NCBI RefSeq assembly: GCF_963921235.1
Contig: NC_086097.1
Coordinates: 120,778,001 to 120,842,000 of the forward strand
DNA: 64,000 nucleotides
DNA from: Mobula hypostoma
Lineage: Eukaryota
Direction: 5' to 3'
Shown here piece by piece: positions 34,839 to 47,472 of the stretch (within the stretch, counting starts at the first letter, position 1; every line of letters starts with the position of its first letter). Below the pieces are notes generated by a model, which had not been told where the DNA came from, ran no database searches, and saw only the letters and a list, made by a program, of their open reading frames with translations. Made by a program: the position numbers and the translations under genes.

Positions 34839-36907
34839 GGGAAAATATAGGCCAGTTGACCTGAGTTCAGTGGTTGGAAAGACGTTGGAGTCTATTATTA
34901 ACAATGAGATTTCAGGATACGTGGAGACATATGATAAAATAGGCCAAAGTCAGCATGGTTTTCTAAAGGGAAAATCTTGCATGACAAACCTGTTGAAATT
35001 CTTTTAGGGAGTAACACACAGGATAGTCAGAGGAGATAGGGAATGTTGTTTATTCGTACTTTCAGATGGCCTTTGACAGGGAGCCACACATGAGGCTGCT
35101 TAACAAGGTAAGAACCCATGGTATTACAGGAAAGGTACTAGCATGGATAGAAGATTGGCTGAGTGGCAGGGGGCAAAGAGTCGGATTAAAGGGAGCCTTT
35201 CTGATTGGCTGCCAGTGACCAGGGTTGTGCCGCAGCAGCCAGTGTTGGGGCCGCCTCTTTTCATGATATAGGTCAATGATTTCGATGAAGGAATTGATGG
35301 CTTTGTGACCAAGTTTGTGAAGGATGATGTTAAGATACGTGAAGGGGCAGGTAATATTAAGGAAACAGGGTGTCTGCAGAAGGACTTTGACAGATTGGGA
35401 GAATGGGCAAAGAACTGGCAAAACGATTATAGTGTAGGGAAATGCATTTTCATGCATTTTGGTAGAAGGAATAAAGGTGCGGACATTTTCTAAATTGGGA
35501 GGAATTTCAAAAAGGGATGTAGGATTCCTCATGCAGGATTCCCTAAAGGTTAACTTACAGTTTGAATTGGTGGTAAGGAAGGCAAATGCAATGTTAGGAT
35601 TCATTTTGAGAGAACTAAGATACTAAAGCAAGGACATAATGCTGAGGCTTTATAAGGCATTGGTCAGAACACACTTGGAATATTGTGAGCAGTTTTAGGC
35701 CGTTTATCTAAGAAAAGATATGCTGACATTGGAGAGGATTCAGAGGAGGTTCACGAGAATGATCCCAGGAATGGAAGGTTTAAAGTATAAGGAACGATAG
35801 ATGGCTCTGGGCTGTACTCACTGGAGTTTAAAAGAATGAGAGGGGATCTCATTGAGACTTATCGAATTTTGAAAGGCCTAAATACAGTGGAAGTGGAGAA
35901 GATGTTTCCTATAGTGGGGGAGTCTAGGATCAGAGGGTACAGCCTTAGAATAGAGGGAACTACACTTAGACCAGAGGTGAGGAAAAATTTATTTTGCCAG
36001 TGAGAGTTGAAATTGTGAAACTCATTACCATGTACGGCTGAGCAGGCCAAGTCATTGGGCATATTTAAGGCAGAGATTGGTAGGTTCAGGGTGTCAAAGT
36101 TGTGGGGAGAAGACAGGAGAATGAGGTTGAGAGGGATAATAAATCAGTCATGATGGAATGGCAGAACACACTTGATGGGCTGAGTGGCCTAATTCTGCTC
36201 CTATGTCTTATGGTTTAATGATCTTATCTGTAGGAAAAAGGTTCTGATTTACCTATGCCTATCATAATTTTATATACATCTATTAGGTTGTCCTGCCACC
36301 CCAGTTTCATGGCAAACCCAGCCTATTGATTCATTTCTAATAACTGCAGATGTCTGATCCAGACAACATCTTGCTGGATCTCCTCTGTACTCTCCAACAG
36401 GGTGCAGTGACCAAATCTGCATACAGTACTCCAAGGGCAGTCTAACTACTTTCCATAAAATTGCAACACGACTTTTATTTTCTGACCATTGTGATTCTAA
36501 TCATTTGGATTAAAGTTTGAGTAGTTCATTTGAATGTGGTTTTAAGTTCACTGCTCTTTGTGGTACTTGGCTGAACCAGCTTAGAGAAATATCCTTGTCC
36601 ATTATTCAAACAATCTGGAGTCATATCAGTGCTTATATTGGTATATGAACCATTTGAAGGTAATTTCCTCTTGAAGTACTTTGCTGTGTTAGCCCAAATC
36701 TACATTGACCTCATTGGTTTCATATACTTACATTCTTATATTCTGCCTGCTGTTGCTGTGGAAAGTTCTTCTTCTGTGAAAGATATCCTATTTTTGGACT
36801 ACCCTTGACTTACTATGTTGGCTTTAGACTTCCATGTTGTAGTTATGTTTCTATCTTTACTACACAATTCTCACCATAAAGTATGACATGGACAGGTTTA
36901 TTAAAGT

Positions 36908-37300
36908 GCACTCAGTGGCCACTTTCTTCAGTGCAATGTACTCCTGCTCGTTAATGCAAATACCTAATCAGCCAGTCATCTGGCCGCAACACAATGCATA
37001 AAAGCACGCAGACATGGTCAAGACATTCAGCTGTTGTACACACCAAGCATCAGAATGGGGGAAGAAATGACTTTGACCGTGGCATGATTGTTAATGCCAG
37101 ACAGGTCGATTTGAGTATCTCAGAAACTGCCGATCTTCTGGGATTTTCATGCACAACAGTTAGAGTTTAGTGCAAAAAAACCAAAAAAAGCAATTCAGGA
37201 AGTGGCAGATCAGTGGATGAAAATGAAAGAGGTTGGAGAAGAATGGCCAGACTAGTTCAAGCTGACAGGATGGCGATAGTAACTCAAATAATCATGCACT
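36908..37300 (+). mobile_element. Tc1-like transposon 5' fragment
   Basis: Terminus CACTCAGTGGCCACTTT and peptide DFDRGMIVNARQVDLSISETADLLGFSCTTV. The same terminus occurs at 61720. Confidence 0.75.
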
Positions 37301-37304
37301 ACAT

Positions 37305-37590
37305 CATCCTTGCTTTTATATTCTAGTCCTTTCAAAATGAATGCTAACATTGCATTTGCCTTTCTTACTAACAACTCACCTGCAAGTTAACCTATAGAGA
37401 ATCCTGCAGTAGGACACCCAATTCCATTTGCATTTACGATTCCTGTATTCACTTCATTTGTAATGGTGTCAAAGGTTATGGAGAGAAGGCAGGAGAATGG
37501 GAGTGAGAGGGATAATAAATCAGCTATGATAGAATAGCAGAACAGACTTAATTGACTGCATGACCTAATACCTCACCTATGTTATTATTC
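37305..37590. mobile_element. CR1 fragments in opposite orientations
   Basis: 37305-37455 is a minus-strand KKGKCNVSIH/ANAMLAFI-region segment; 37460-37590 is a plus-strand 3' UTR matching 36090-36210. Confidence 0.6.
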
Positions 37591-37918
37591 TCCTTTCAAA
37601 TCCTTCGTCTCAGAGATAGCTAGGTTCTGGTGAGAGCCGATACAAATGTTGGGAGAATAAAAAGATTGGACTTGGTAAATATAAATTGTCAATAGTTCAC
37701 CTGGACAGGTTCTGTGATGTGTCTTTCCATGACCCTACAACTGTACCTCTCCTCCAATTCTAATATTTCAGAATTGAAATCATTCTGGAACATTTGCACT
37801 ACATTGGCACAATGAATCAAGTGAGATATCTTTAGTTTTTCACTGAACCGGAGGACTTGGTTTTATATTGTATGTCTCTGAAACATTCCATTCAATGGAA
37901 AAGCTCTTATATAGTATT

Positions 37919-38172
37919 AAACGCAAGAGATTCTGCAGGTGCTGGAAATCCAGAGCAAGACACACAAAATGCTGGAGCAACACCGTAAGCCAGGCAGTAT
38001 CTATGAAAGGGAATAAATAGTTGATGTTTCAGGGTGTGACACTTCATCAGGACTCATCTCCCTTTATTGGGATTCTGATGAAGAGTCTTGGCATGAAACA
38101 TTGACTATTATATTCTTCTCCATAGATGCTGCCTGACATGCTGAGATTCCCCAGCATTTTATCTGTGTTACT
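37919..38172. mobile_element. Head-to-head pair of Penelope terminal repeats
   Basis: Minus copy 37919-38055 (GAGTC-CTGATGA-AGTGTCACACCCT-GAAAC-ATC-AACT) and plus copy about 38070-38172 (CTGATGA-AGAGTCTTGGCAT-GAAAC-ATT-GACT). Confidence 0.75.
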
Positions 38173-38184
38173 CCTATATTTTTG

Positions 38185-38410
38185 TGTTGGCGCAAGGCCA
38201 AGTGGTTAAGGCATTCGTCTAGTGATCTGAAGGTTGCTAGTTCAAGCCTCAGCTGAGGCAACATGTTGAGTCCTTGAGCAAGGCACTTAACCACATTGCG
38301 GGCTGCTCAGTAAAATTCTCACTGATTTGATTTGATGCAAATAATGAAATTAACTGTATGTTTTGATATTTCAATGTATGTGACAAATAAAATTCATCTT
38401 TAAGGTCTTT
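38185..38410 (+). mobile_element. tRNA-headed SINE
   Basis: A-box-like GGCCAAGTGGTTAAGG and B-box-like AGTTCAAGCC. The tail CTCACTGATTTGATTTGATGCAA is shared with 275-290 and 52220. Confidence 0.65.
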
Positions 38411-38574
38411 ATCTTTAATGACTGCACTTTCCAACTCATTATATTAACAATTGTTGGTTACATTATGCACAACTATCCACTGGTTGCAAGACTTCACTCA
38501 AGAATTGTACTAGTCCTCACACAAAGTACACCAAGGAACTCTCATACTGTTCTTGAACAGAGTTTTACCAATAA

Positions 38575-39498
38575 TCTCTCCCTGTACGTTCCTGTACATG
38601 ATTCTAACTCCATAATCAAGTTCGCAGATGACACCATGGTGGTTGGCCTGATCAGAGGGGATGGCGAGACAGTCTACAGGGAAGAGGTCCAGCACCTGGC
38701 CGCGTGGTGTGCCGACAACAACCTGGACCTTAACACCCAGAAGACCAAGGAAATCATTGTGGACCCAGGCATGCTAGGAGCCACAGTCACGTCCCCATCT
38801 ACATCAACGGAGTTGTAGTGGAGCACGTATCAAGCTTCAAATTCCTTGGTGTCCACATTTCTGAGGATCTCACCCGGTCCCTGAACTCCTCCATCCTGGT
38901 CAAAAAGGCAACAGCGCCTTTATTTCCTGCGGAGCATGAAGAAAGCTCACCTCTGTCCCAGGACACTGATGAACTTTTACCGCTGTACCATTGAGAGCAT
39001 ACTCACCAACTGCGTCTCAGTGTGGTATGGCAATTGTCCCGTATCAGATCGCAAAGCACTCCAGCATGTGGTGAAAATTGCCCAGCGGATTATTGGCACC
39101 AAATTGCCTACCATTGAGAACATCTACCATAAATGCTGCCTGGGCAGGACGAAAAGCATTATCAAGGATGCATCTCACCTTAACCATGGACTTTTCACTC
39201 TCCTCCCATCCGGTAGGTGCTACAGGAGCCTCCGCTCCCGCACCAGCAGGCACAGGAAGAGCTTCTTCCCTGAGGCTGTGACCCTGCTGAACCTCACATC
39301 ACAGCGCTAAGCAGTATTGCATCCATATTGTACTGTCTCAGTACTTTCATATTTGTGTGCTGTAGCACTTACTTTTTATTCACAGTTATTTTGTAAATAA
39401 CACTATTCTTTGCATTTCTGGTTAGATGCTAACTGCATTTCATTGGCTTTGTATCTGTACTCGGCACAATGACAATAAAGTTGAATCTAATCTAATCT
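38575..39498 (+). mobile_element. Rex1/Babar LINE RT to 3' end, relatively well preserved
   Basis: IIKFADDTMVVGLI..WCADNNLDLNTQKTKEIIVD, FYRCTIESILTNCVSVWYGN, LLPSGRCYRSLRSRTSR, and an (AATCT)n tail. Confidence 0.9.
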
Positions 39499-39854
39499 TA
39501 TCCACACTTGCCAGGGCTCTCTAAAAGTCGGTTGCCTCTGTACTAAAGAATGCAGCCAATACCTCAAAATTTCAATGTGGTCAGGTTGCAAGCTTCACCT
39601 TTTTTTTCTGTACAGATCTTTTAACACTAGGCAGAGAACATTATAAAAGGACCCAGAACCTGAATATTGAAACAGCTACAAATAATGCTGTTTCCTCACT
39701 GCTCAGTGTACTTGACTGAATTAGAACTTATTTGCCTGAGATTTTTCAAATGTATCCTTAGCATTAGCAACACTTTTCACTGTAACAGACTTGGAAAAAT
39801 GTTCCCATCCATTTTATGTCTGAGTTCAAATATTTTTGACTATTCATAGCACCA

Positions 39855-40072
39855 AGGCAGCCCACATAAATAGGAACACGTCAGTAGATGGTTTCCTCTT
39901 GTGCCAAGATGCCACACTCAGGGTGGAGAAGCAACAACACCTTGCATGACATCTGGATTGCCTCCAAACTAAATGCATGCATTTTGATTTCTCCTTCCAG
40001 TATAAAAAATACCCCTCTTCCTCTATTCCCCACTCTGATTTTTTATCTCTTTTCACTGCCTATTACTTCCCC
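39855..40072 (+). mobile_element. Penelope-like GIY-YIG C-terminal fragment
   Basis: GCCACACTCAGGGTGGAGAAGCAACAACACCTT matches the reverse complement of 33900-33960. Confidence 0.6.
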
Positions 40073-40074
40073 TG

Positions 40075-42762
40075 GAAGAGGGAAACGGTAGTGATAGAGG
40101 ACACGATATTCAGAGGAACAGACAGGAGATTCTGTGGACATGAACAGGACACCCAGATGGTATGTTGCCTCCCAGGTGCCAGGGTCAAGGATACCTTGGA
40201 TTGCATCCACAACATTTTGAGGGGGAGGGAGAGCAGCCAGCTGTCTTGGTGCATATTGGTAACAGTGGCATAGGAAGGAAAAGCAAAGAGGTCCTGAAAA
40301 GAGATTTTAGAGAGCTAGGTAGAAAGCTGAGAAGCAGGACCTCCAGCGTAGTAATTTCTGGATTGCTACCTGTGCCGTGCACCAATGAGGATAGAAGCAG
40401 AATGATTTGGCAGATAAATGCATGGCTGGGAAGCTGTTACAGGGGGCAAGGCTTCAGGTTCTTGGATCATTGGGATTTCTTCTGAGGGAAGATTAACCTG
40501 TACAAAAGTGACATGTTGCACCTGAACCCAAGGAGGACCAATACTCTCACAGGCAGGTTTGTTAGAGCTGTTGGGGAGGGTTTAAACTAACTTGGCAAGG
40601 GGGTGGGAACCGGAGTGAAGAGACTCAGGATAGGACGGATGGCAAAAAAAGCAAAAGTAGTGTACAGTCAGACTGTCAGAAAGGGCAGGCAGATGATAGG
40701 ACAAAATTGCAGCCAGCAAGGTAAGTACCAGTGCATTAGGAATGCAGAGTCAAAAAGACAATACTCAAAGTGTTATATCTCAATGCACAGAGTATAAGAA
40801 ATAAGGTGGATGATCTTGTTGCACTATTACAGATGGTCTGTTATGATGTTGTGGCCATCACTGAATCGTGGCTGAAGGATGGTTGTAGTTGGGAGCTGAA
40901 TGTCCAAGGTTACTCATTATAACGGGGATAGGAAGGTAGGCAGAGGGGGTGGTGTAGCTCTGCTGGTAAAGAAAGGCATCAAATCAGTAGAAAGATGTGA
41001 CATAGGATCATAAGATGTTGAATCCTTGTGGGTTGAGTTAAGAAGCTGCAAGGGTAAAAGGACTGTGATGGCAGTTATATACAGGCTTCCAAACGGTAGC
41101 TGGGATGTGGACTTAGATTACAATGGGAAATAGAAAAGGCATGTCAAATGACAGAGTGTGAAGCAAAGTCATGATGGCGCTAAACAGTGACTCTTTTCTT
41201 GCATTTTCGTAAACAGCTCTATACCTATCTTTGGTATCTCTTATTTTCCTTTTCAAGGTTCTTTTGAAGACCCTGACCTGGAGTTACACTCTGACTTCAG
41301 TTCTTTGCAGGAATGGGACCCGCTCTCAGGGCCTCATGACTGGATGCTTTTTGATATCCCAAGGACGCGGCCTGGAAGACTAATGTGCTTTCAGGGTGCC
41401 GGATTTTTGTGGCTCTGGAGATGGGCTGATTTAAGGCGGGTGCCCCTGACCTAGACATCGCGGGAGAATACGGAACATCAGGAGTGGCGGGCTAGCTGCC
41501 AGCTGTGTGCCCTGAGACCTGAGCCCTTGGGGCTGGGAGCTCGGAACATGCAACACAACAGACTTTTAACACCATAAATCAGCGAGTTGTTTGTTATGCC
41601 TCCCCGCTCACTGTGAAATGGAAACATCTCTTTTTCCCTTATTAGGGATGCAGTGAGAGCCCGTGGTACATCCAATTACCGGGTGAATGAGTAGTCTTTG
41701 GTGTACTGCAAGTCTGTGTCTTTATTGAAGCTCTACTACATGCTTGAGTGCTCCGTGGAGGGTGCCGATGCTCTTTTGCTGGTGGCTTGGAGGGGGTTGA
41801 GGGGGTTGTTGCCTTGCTGCTGCCTGTGCGTGGGAGGGGGGAGCTGGGGGGGCCTATAGGGTTCTAGATTTAACTGTCATTCATTCTTTGGGGAACTCCT
41901 CTGTTTTTGTGGATGTTTGTGAAAAAAGGTAATTTCTGGATGTATATTATATACATTTCTCTGACATTCAATGTCCCTATTGAAAAAAAGGGCAATCTTA
42001 TTATAATCGTGGGAGATTATAACATGCAGGTAGATTGGGAAAATTAGGTTGGTAATGGATCTCAAGAGAGTGAATTTGGTGAATGCCTACAAAATGGCTT
42101 TTTAAAACAATTTGTCATTGAGCCTACTAGGGGAACCGCTATACTGGATTGGGTGTTAGGTAATGAATCAGAGATGATTAGGGAGCTTAAGGTAAAGGAA
42201 CACTTCGGAGCCACTGATCACAATATGATTGAGTTCAGCTTGAAATTTGATAGGGAGAAAGTAAAGTTTGACGTAGCAGTATTTCAGTGGAGTAAAGGAA
42301 ATTACAGTGTATGAGTGAAGAGTTAGCCAAAGTAAAATGGAAGGACATGCTGGCAGGGTTGACTGCAGAGCAGCAATGGACTGAGTTTCTGAGGAAAAAA
42401 TGAGGAAGGTGCAGGATAGATGTATTTCAAAAACAAAGAAAAACTCAGATGACAAAATAGTACAACAGTGGCTGACAAGGGAAGTCAAAAGCTAATGTAA
42501 AAGCAAAAGAGAGGGCAGACAACAAAATAAAAATTAGCAGGAAGAGAGAGGATTGGGAAGCTCTTAAAAACCTACAGAGAGAAACTAAAAGAATCATTAA
42601 GAGGGAAAAGATGAAATATGAAAGCAAGCTAGCAAACAATATCAAGATGGATAGAAAAAGCTTTCTCAAGTGTATAAAAAAAAATAGAAAGATAGGAGTG
42701 GATATAGAACAGCTGGAAAATGAGGTCGAAGAAATAATAACGGGGGGCAAGAAGATGGCAGA
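40075..42762 (+). mobile_element. CR1 LINE (ORF1 esterase plus ORF2 endonuclease), 3'-truncated
   Basis: VIEDTIFRGTDRRFCG..VCCLPGARV, QPAVLVHIG..SVVISGLLPVP, KVLYLNAQSIRNKVDDL, KYESKLANNIK. Confidence 0.85.
41152..41985 (+). mobile_element. Non-autonomous GATGGCG-headed retroelement nested in CR1
   Basis: The CR1 frame EIEKACQ|KGNL..IIVGD is interrupted. The insert carries ATGATGGCGCTAAAC near its start and ends CTCTGACATTCAATGTCCCTATTGAA. Confidence 0.6.
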
Positions 42763-43027
42763 TGTTGGTTTTGTGGAACGATCCATGTTCCAAACCTATT
42801 CTGGTATCTGTCCCCCACTTTTCCTTCGCTACATCGACGACTGCATTGGCGCTGCTTCCTGCACGCATGCTGAGCTCGTTGACTTCATTAACTTTGCCTC
42901 CAACTTTCACCCTGCCCTCAAGTTTACCTGGTCCATTTCTGACACCTCCCTCCCCTTTCTAGATCTTTCTGTCTCTATCTCTGGAGACAGCTTATCTACT
43001 GATGTCTACTATAAGCCTACGGACTCT
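42762..43027 (+). mobile_element. Internal Penelope RT fragment, stop-free
   Basis: LFLRYIDDCIG..FASNFHPALKFTWSISDTSLPFLDLSVSISGDSLSTDVYYKPTDS, homologous to 34700-34838. Confidence 0.9.
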
Positions 43028-43434
43028 AATAGCTGTATCCGTGGAAACACATTCTCTGATTTAAACGACTTATGCCAGCAGCAGTAATCATGAAATATAT
43101 GGCTAGGTACCAAGAAATGACGCAAAAGGCTAAATTACTGGTGGTAGTTCTGACCTGGCCTCCCTGAAGCACAAAATCTCTGGTGCTCTCTACACAATGG
43201 ATAGAAAAAGTTAAAAGCTTTGGCTCTGCATGTTGCCAATATATACTATACGTGGATATAGAAGTCTTATATGAAACAGCCTTTGGCTAGTTATCTGCAC
43301 TTGTTATCATCAAGCACCTTCTACAATATTTCTTCTACTCAGGCTCTGTTTTGAAGATGAAGTACAATGTGTAGATATAGTCAGCAGAAGCAACTGTGGT
43401 TGCAATTCCAGCATAGCTGTCAATCAAACACAGT

Positions 43435-43610
43435 ATGTGACTGCATTAGTTATGTCAGCAGCCTTGTAATCTAGGGGATGTGAGCTCAACTCTCACCACT
43501 GCCACCTGAGAATTTAAATTCAGTTTGAAAAATCAGGGCATATGCATTTGTATGAATGAACGTGACCATAACCCAGACAGTAGACAAAAACCTTTGAGGT
43601 TACTATTAGA
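43435..43610 (+). mobile_element. Ancient SINE remnant, possibly Deu/SacSINE1-like
   Basis: GTAATCTAG..GTGAGCTCAACTCTCACCAC..GAGAATTTAAATTCAGTT..GTGACCAT. Recognised from memory and highly diverged. Confidence 0.35.
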
Positions 43611-44894
43611 AGATAGAACATAAAACAGTGCAACATGGGAACTGGCCCTTTGGCCAATACAGTTGTGCCAAACTAATTATGCAAACAATGTCTAAGTACA
43701 CTATCCTTTCTGTCTCACATGCTCCATATCCCACCATTCTCTCCATATTCATAAACCTGTCTCTTATGTGATAACACTGGCTTCACTCTCTAGAAAGCCC
43801 TAAGCTCAAAAGAAGATTTTAAGCCCCATCTGATATAGGTATCTAAAGTTTCGAGTAGCCTCACTATAGCAGGTAATACTGTATTAACCTACTCTTCAAA
43901 GACTAACTACTTCCTTGTATAGTCTCTGCGGTGAGGTCTAGTTGAGTGAGGGTCCCTCACTGCCAAGGAGAAGATACTTCCAGCTGACAAAGTAGTTTAA
44001 ACACTGTTTATTTTACTTTGTATTTTTTAATTTATATAAATAGTCCTTAACTCATATTTAACACTCATGGAGGATTTCTGATTTATAAAAGATTAGCAAA
44101 TTACAAAAAAAAACAAACACAAGTACAATTCTTAAAAACTAAAAGATCATACCAATGAGTTGTAGAAGAATGAGGCGCCCGTTGGAGAAAGCGAAGGTTG
44201 AGGAGTGAATTCTAGTTCTTCTTTCTGTCACCCCATCTTCTGTCATTCTCTTTGTCATTCCTTACAATCCCTAGTGCTTTCTAGTGTTTTGCTATTAGTT
44301 GACATTATTTGCATGTGATGTTTTGCTGTGACAAAATAATCCGCACTGATAGTCTCAAAGTTTCTGAGGAAAGAGATTCCAGACAATTAATGCTGGGAGT
44401 GCTGACTCTCTGAGTACACAAACTACTGATGGCCATGTTTGATGTGCTAAGTGACATAAACCATTGTGCTGTGTTTGGCTAATGCACTCTCATTGTCACA
44501 TCGCTCTGCAAAGCACATCTGTTGTCAGGCAGCCCCATGCCTGCGTATCACTTTGCAAAGCTGTCCTTTTAATTTCAGACCCTATTACTGTGTGTGCTTC
44601 ACATTAAAATCTAAAGATTGATTCTTGTTTACAACAAGGAGCTGAGCAAGGAACATTGGTTAGAAGTTTAATTTTGTGACAAACAACTCTGACCTTTGAT
44701 AAGGTTGTGCTGCTGTGCTGGAAAGCTGAGGTGAGTAATAAGCCTCTTGACTCCTGGAAAGTGAACATGTATGACACTTAAATACTTCTTTCATATTTGT
44801 CTTTATCACCACCCCTAGCAGCACATTCCAGGCACCTGCCGCTCTCCTTGTAAATGAGCATATCTCCACAACTCTCCCCGTCTATGAAAACATT

Positions 44895-45260
44895 AGGGAC
44901 TGACAAACAACCAATGTGCAAAAGAAGACAAATAGTGCAGACAAAAATAAATAATAATTGATAGACAGATAGTTAGATAAATAAATCAACAAATAAACAA
45001 ACACAAAAATAAATAGATAATAGATTAATAACTAATTCTGTGCACATGAGTTATAGACTCCTTGAAAGTGAGTATGTACGTTGTGGAATTGTTTCAGTAT
45101 TGAGCTAAGGAAGTTATCCATGCCAGTTCAAGGAGCCTGATGGTTGTTGAGTAATAACAGTTCCTGAACCTAGTGATGTGGGGCCTAAGGCTCCCGTATC
45201 TCCAGCCCAATAGCAGCTGTGAGAAGAAGGCATGGCCTGGATGATGGGGGTCACAAACCT
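44895..45260 (-). mobile_element. Rex1/Babar-like 3' fragment nested in a CR1 remnant
   Basis: DPHHPGHAFFSQLLLGWRYGSLRPHITRFRNCYY. CR1 sequence lies at 44770-44890 and 45260-45370. Confidence 0.7.
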
Positions 45261-46099
45261 TTATAATCCCCTCAGCCTCCTGTCCCAGGGAAAATAAGCT
45301 GAGGCTATCCAGTCTCTCCTCGTGTTGCAACACTTTTTCCCAGGCAAGATTCCAGTGAATCTTCTCTCAATAAATGAGCAACAGACTATCCTTGTTGAAG
45401 TACTCAAATTATAAAGCTTTCTTTTGCATTTGTATCCAAGGGCTACATTCACTGTGTGAATTTGTGTCATTACCTCCTGCAAGCCAAGGTGTACTGTTCT
45501 CTCTTGAATAGAATGCCTGTCTCTAGCAAAGTATAAAGCATCTTTACATTCACTTTAAGCAATAAATTTTCCACTTCCTAATTGATCAACTTGGAGTAAG
45601 GGGCAGTTCATCTCTGCAACTGGTCCACAGCCTGTGTTCTGTGATTTTACATTGTGCTCCTATAGTTTTCACTTTCCCTATCTTCTGTGCCCACATCCCT
45701 TTTCCCAAAACCCTTTGTGGTGTGGAGACTTTTAAACCTTTTTCTCCCCTGCAAGCAGTAAATTCTCTTCCTTTCCCTTCACAGTAATAGTTGTTTAATG
45801 ATTGCATGCTTTGTGCTAGAAGCCCTACTCATTCATTATCATTTCTATACAGTGCCCGAGGTGTGCAAAGAATACATATAAATGTTTAACTGTTTAAAAT
45901 TAGCTGTAATGCCAAGCACAATTCCTATTCCAACCATGTCAGTGCACGGAAGTGCTTAGCAATCTGGGGTTATTTTTCTTGAGAAATGGAATTGTTCTAA
46001 AACCGTGTTGTAATCCTGAAGATGACAACATTCTACACATAATGACATCAGATGGAAGAATAGTGCCTACATTTGACTTGGTTCCTTAAGGTTGTCATA

Positions 46100-46630
46100 G
46101 GCAGGTTAGGGTGGGGGTTTGTAGTAGAGTTAAGTTCACACTACCTATTAAACGCTCCCAATGGCATGCATCTCAAATAGCCTCTGACGTCCAAGTCCAG
46201 CTCTTGGCCTTGAAGTGTGGCTCAGCTACACATTTCTGCTGACAAAAGACAAAGGCGGGTTACTGCCTTAAAACCAGTTGCTCTGGACAGGTGGGGCTTG
46301 CTGGCCATGGTTAGCAATTCATCTTGGAGAAGGAAAACTCTGATCTTAAACTTCCGTAGCTTTGTGGTTATACCCACACGTGGGGAATGCTTTGGGAGTA
46401 AAACTCTGGAGCTGGAGTCCCTAAGGCAGTCCTATGTTGAGTTCAACACTGACTGGCAATTCCTGCGATGTTGCAGGGGCCAAATTGTATCAGTTTCTGC
46501 CTTTTCTTTGGATTCATCAGCAGCATGGAGAGGGGCAGCTTGCTTGCTGCATGGGCAACAGGGTTGCTCTTCATATTGTACTGCCTTGGCTTATCGATCA
46601 CAGCTAGGACACAACATCCATGGTTCATCC
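46100..46630 (+). mobile_element. Non-autonomous RTE-associated/SINE-like repeat
   Basis: Homologous to 15461-15940, with about 100 bp more 5' sequence. Confidence 0.6.
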
Positions 46631-46779
46631 TAACCAACAGGGGGGCCCTGCTTTGAGGGCTATGAATTAAAGTTACTAATATCACTAGGCAAATACTTAA
46701 TGCAATTTATGTTCTGCCCTCTGTTCTCCAAAACAGGTATAAATCCTCAAATCTAAAATGGAAGCAAAACTATTTGCTT

Positions 46780-47472
46780 ATACAAGGGGGCATAATTTTA
46801 CGGTGATTGGTGGAATATATCCCTCAAAGTTGCTTCCTAGGCTAATGGGGTGGATAAGAAGGCATATGGTGTGTTGTCTTTCATTAGTTGAGGGATTCAG
46901 TTTAAGAGCCATGAGGTAATGATGCTGCTGTGTAAGACCCTGGTTACACCACACTTGGAGTATTGTGTTCAGTTCTGGTCACCTCATTACAGAAAGGTTG
47001 TAGAAACTTTAGAAACGGTGCAGGGGAGATTTACCGAAATGCTGCTCTGATTAGATTAATGTCTCATGAAGACAGGCTGAGCGTACTAGGGCTTTTCCCT
47101 TTGGAGAAGAGGAAGATAAGAGGTCAACTGATAGAGGTATAGAAGATGATGAGAGGAAAATATCGAGTGGATAGCCAGAGATGTTTTTCCTAGGGTGTAA
47201 ATGGCTAATATGAAGGACATAATTTTAAGGTGATAGGAGAAAAGTATAGGGTAGTGTCAGGGGTAAATTTTTACACAGAGAAAGGTGGGTGGGTGAAACA
47301 CGTAGCAGAGGTGGTGGTAGAGGGGTGCATTGGGGACATTTAAGAAACTCTTAGACACATGGATGCTGGAAAAATGAAGGGCTACGTAGGAGGGAAGGGT
47401 TAGGTTTTTCTTTGAGTAGGTTAAAATGTTGAAACAACTGAAGTGTCTGTAGTGTACTGTTCTATGTTCTAA
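46780..47472 (+). mobile_element. CR1 LINE 3' fragment
   Basis: KTLVTPHLEYCVQFWSPHYRK and a TGTTCTATGTTCT tail. Confidence 0.8.

Larger units (their letters stand above)
30840..36230 (+). mobile_element. Near full-length degenerate CR1 LINE (esterase-type ORF1 plus endonuclease-RT ORF2), interrupted by Penelope
   Basis: ORF1 IRDSIVREPDSRFCG..CCLPGARV..VVVHI..TNDI (SGNH-like). ORF2 LKVLYLNARSIRNK, VMGDFN, YRPV..SVVGK, QHGFLKGKSC, LGEWAKNWQ. Tail CTCCTATGTCTTATGG. Confidence 0.9.

Noticed and set aside
36726..36781. Minus-strand 42-nt exon (KKNFPQQQQAEYKN)
   Set aside because: Weak pyrimidine tract, no homology recognised, and opposite strand to the other candidates.
38185..38260. tRNA gene
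   Set aside because: A/B boxes are present but there is no cloverleaf; it continues into a SINE body.
44579..44736. Coding exon between TTTCAG (44578) and GAG|GTGAGT (44730)
   Set aside because: Stops in all three frames; a non-coding exon cannot be excluded.
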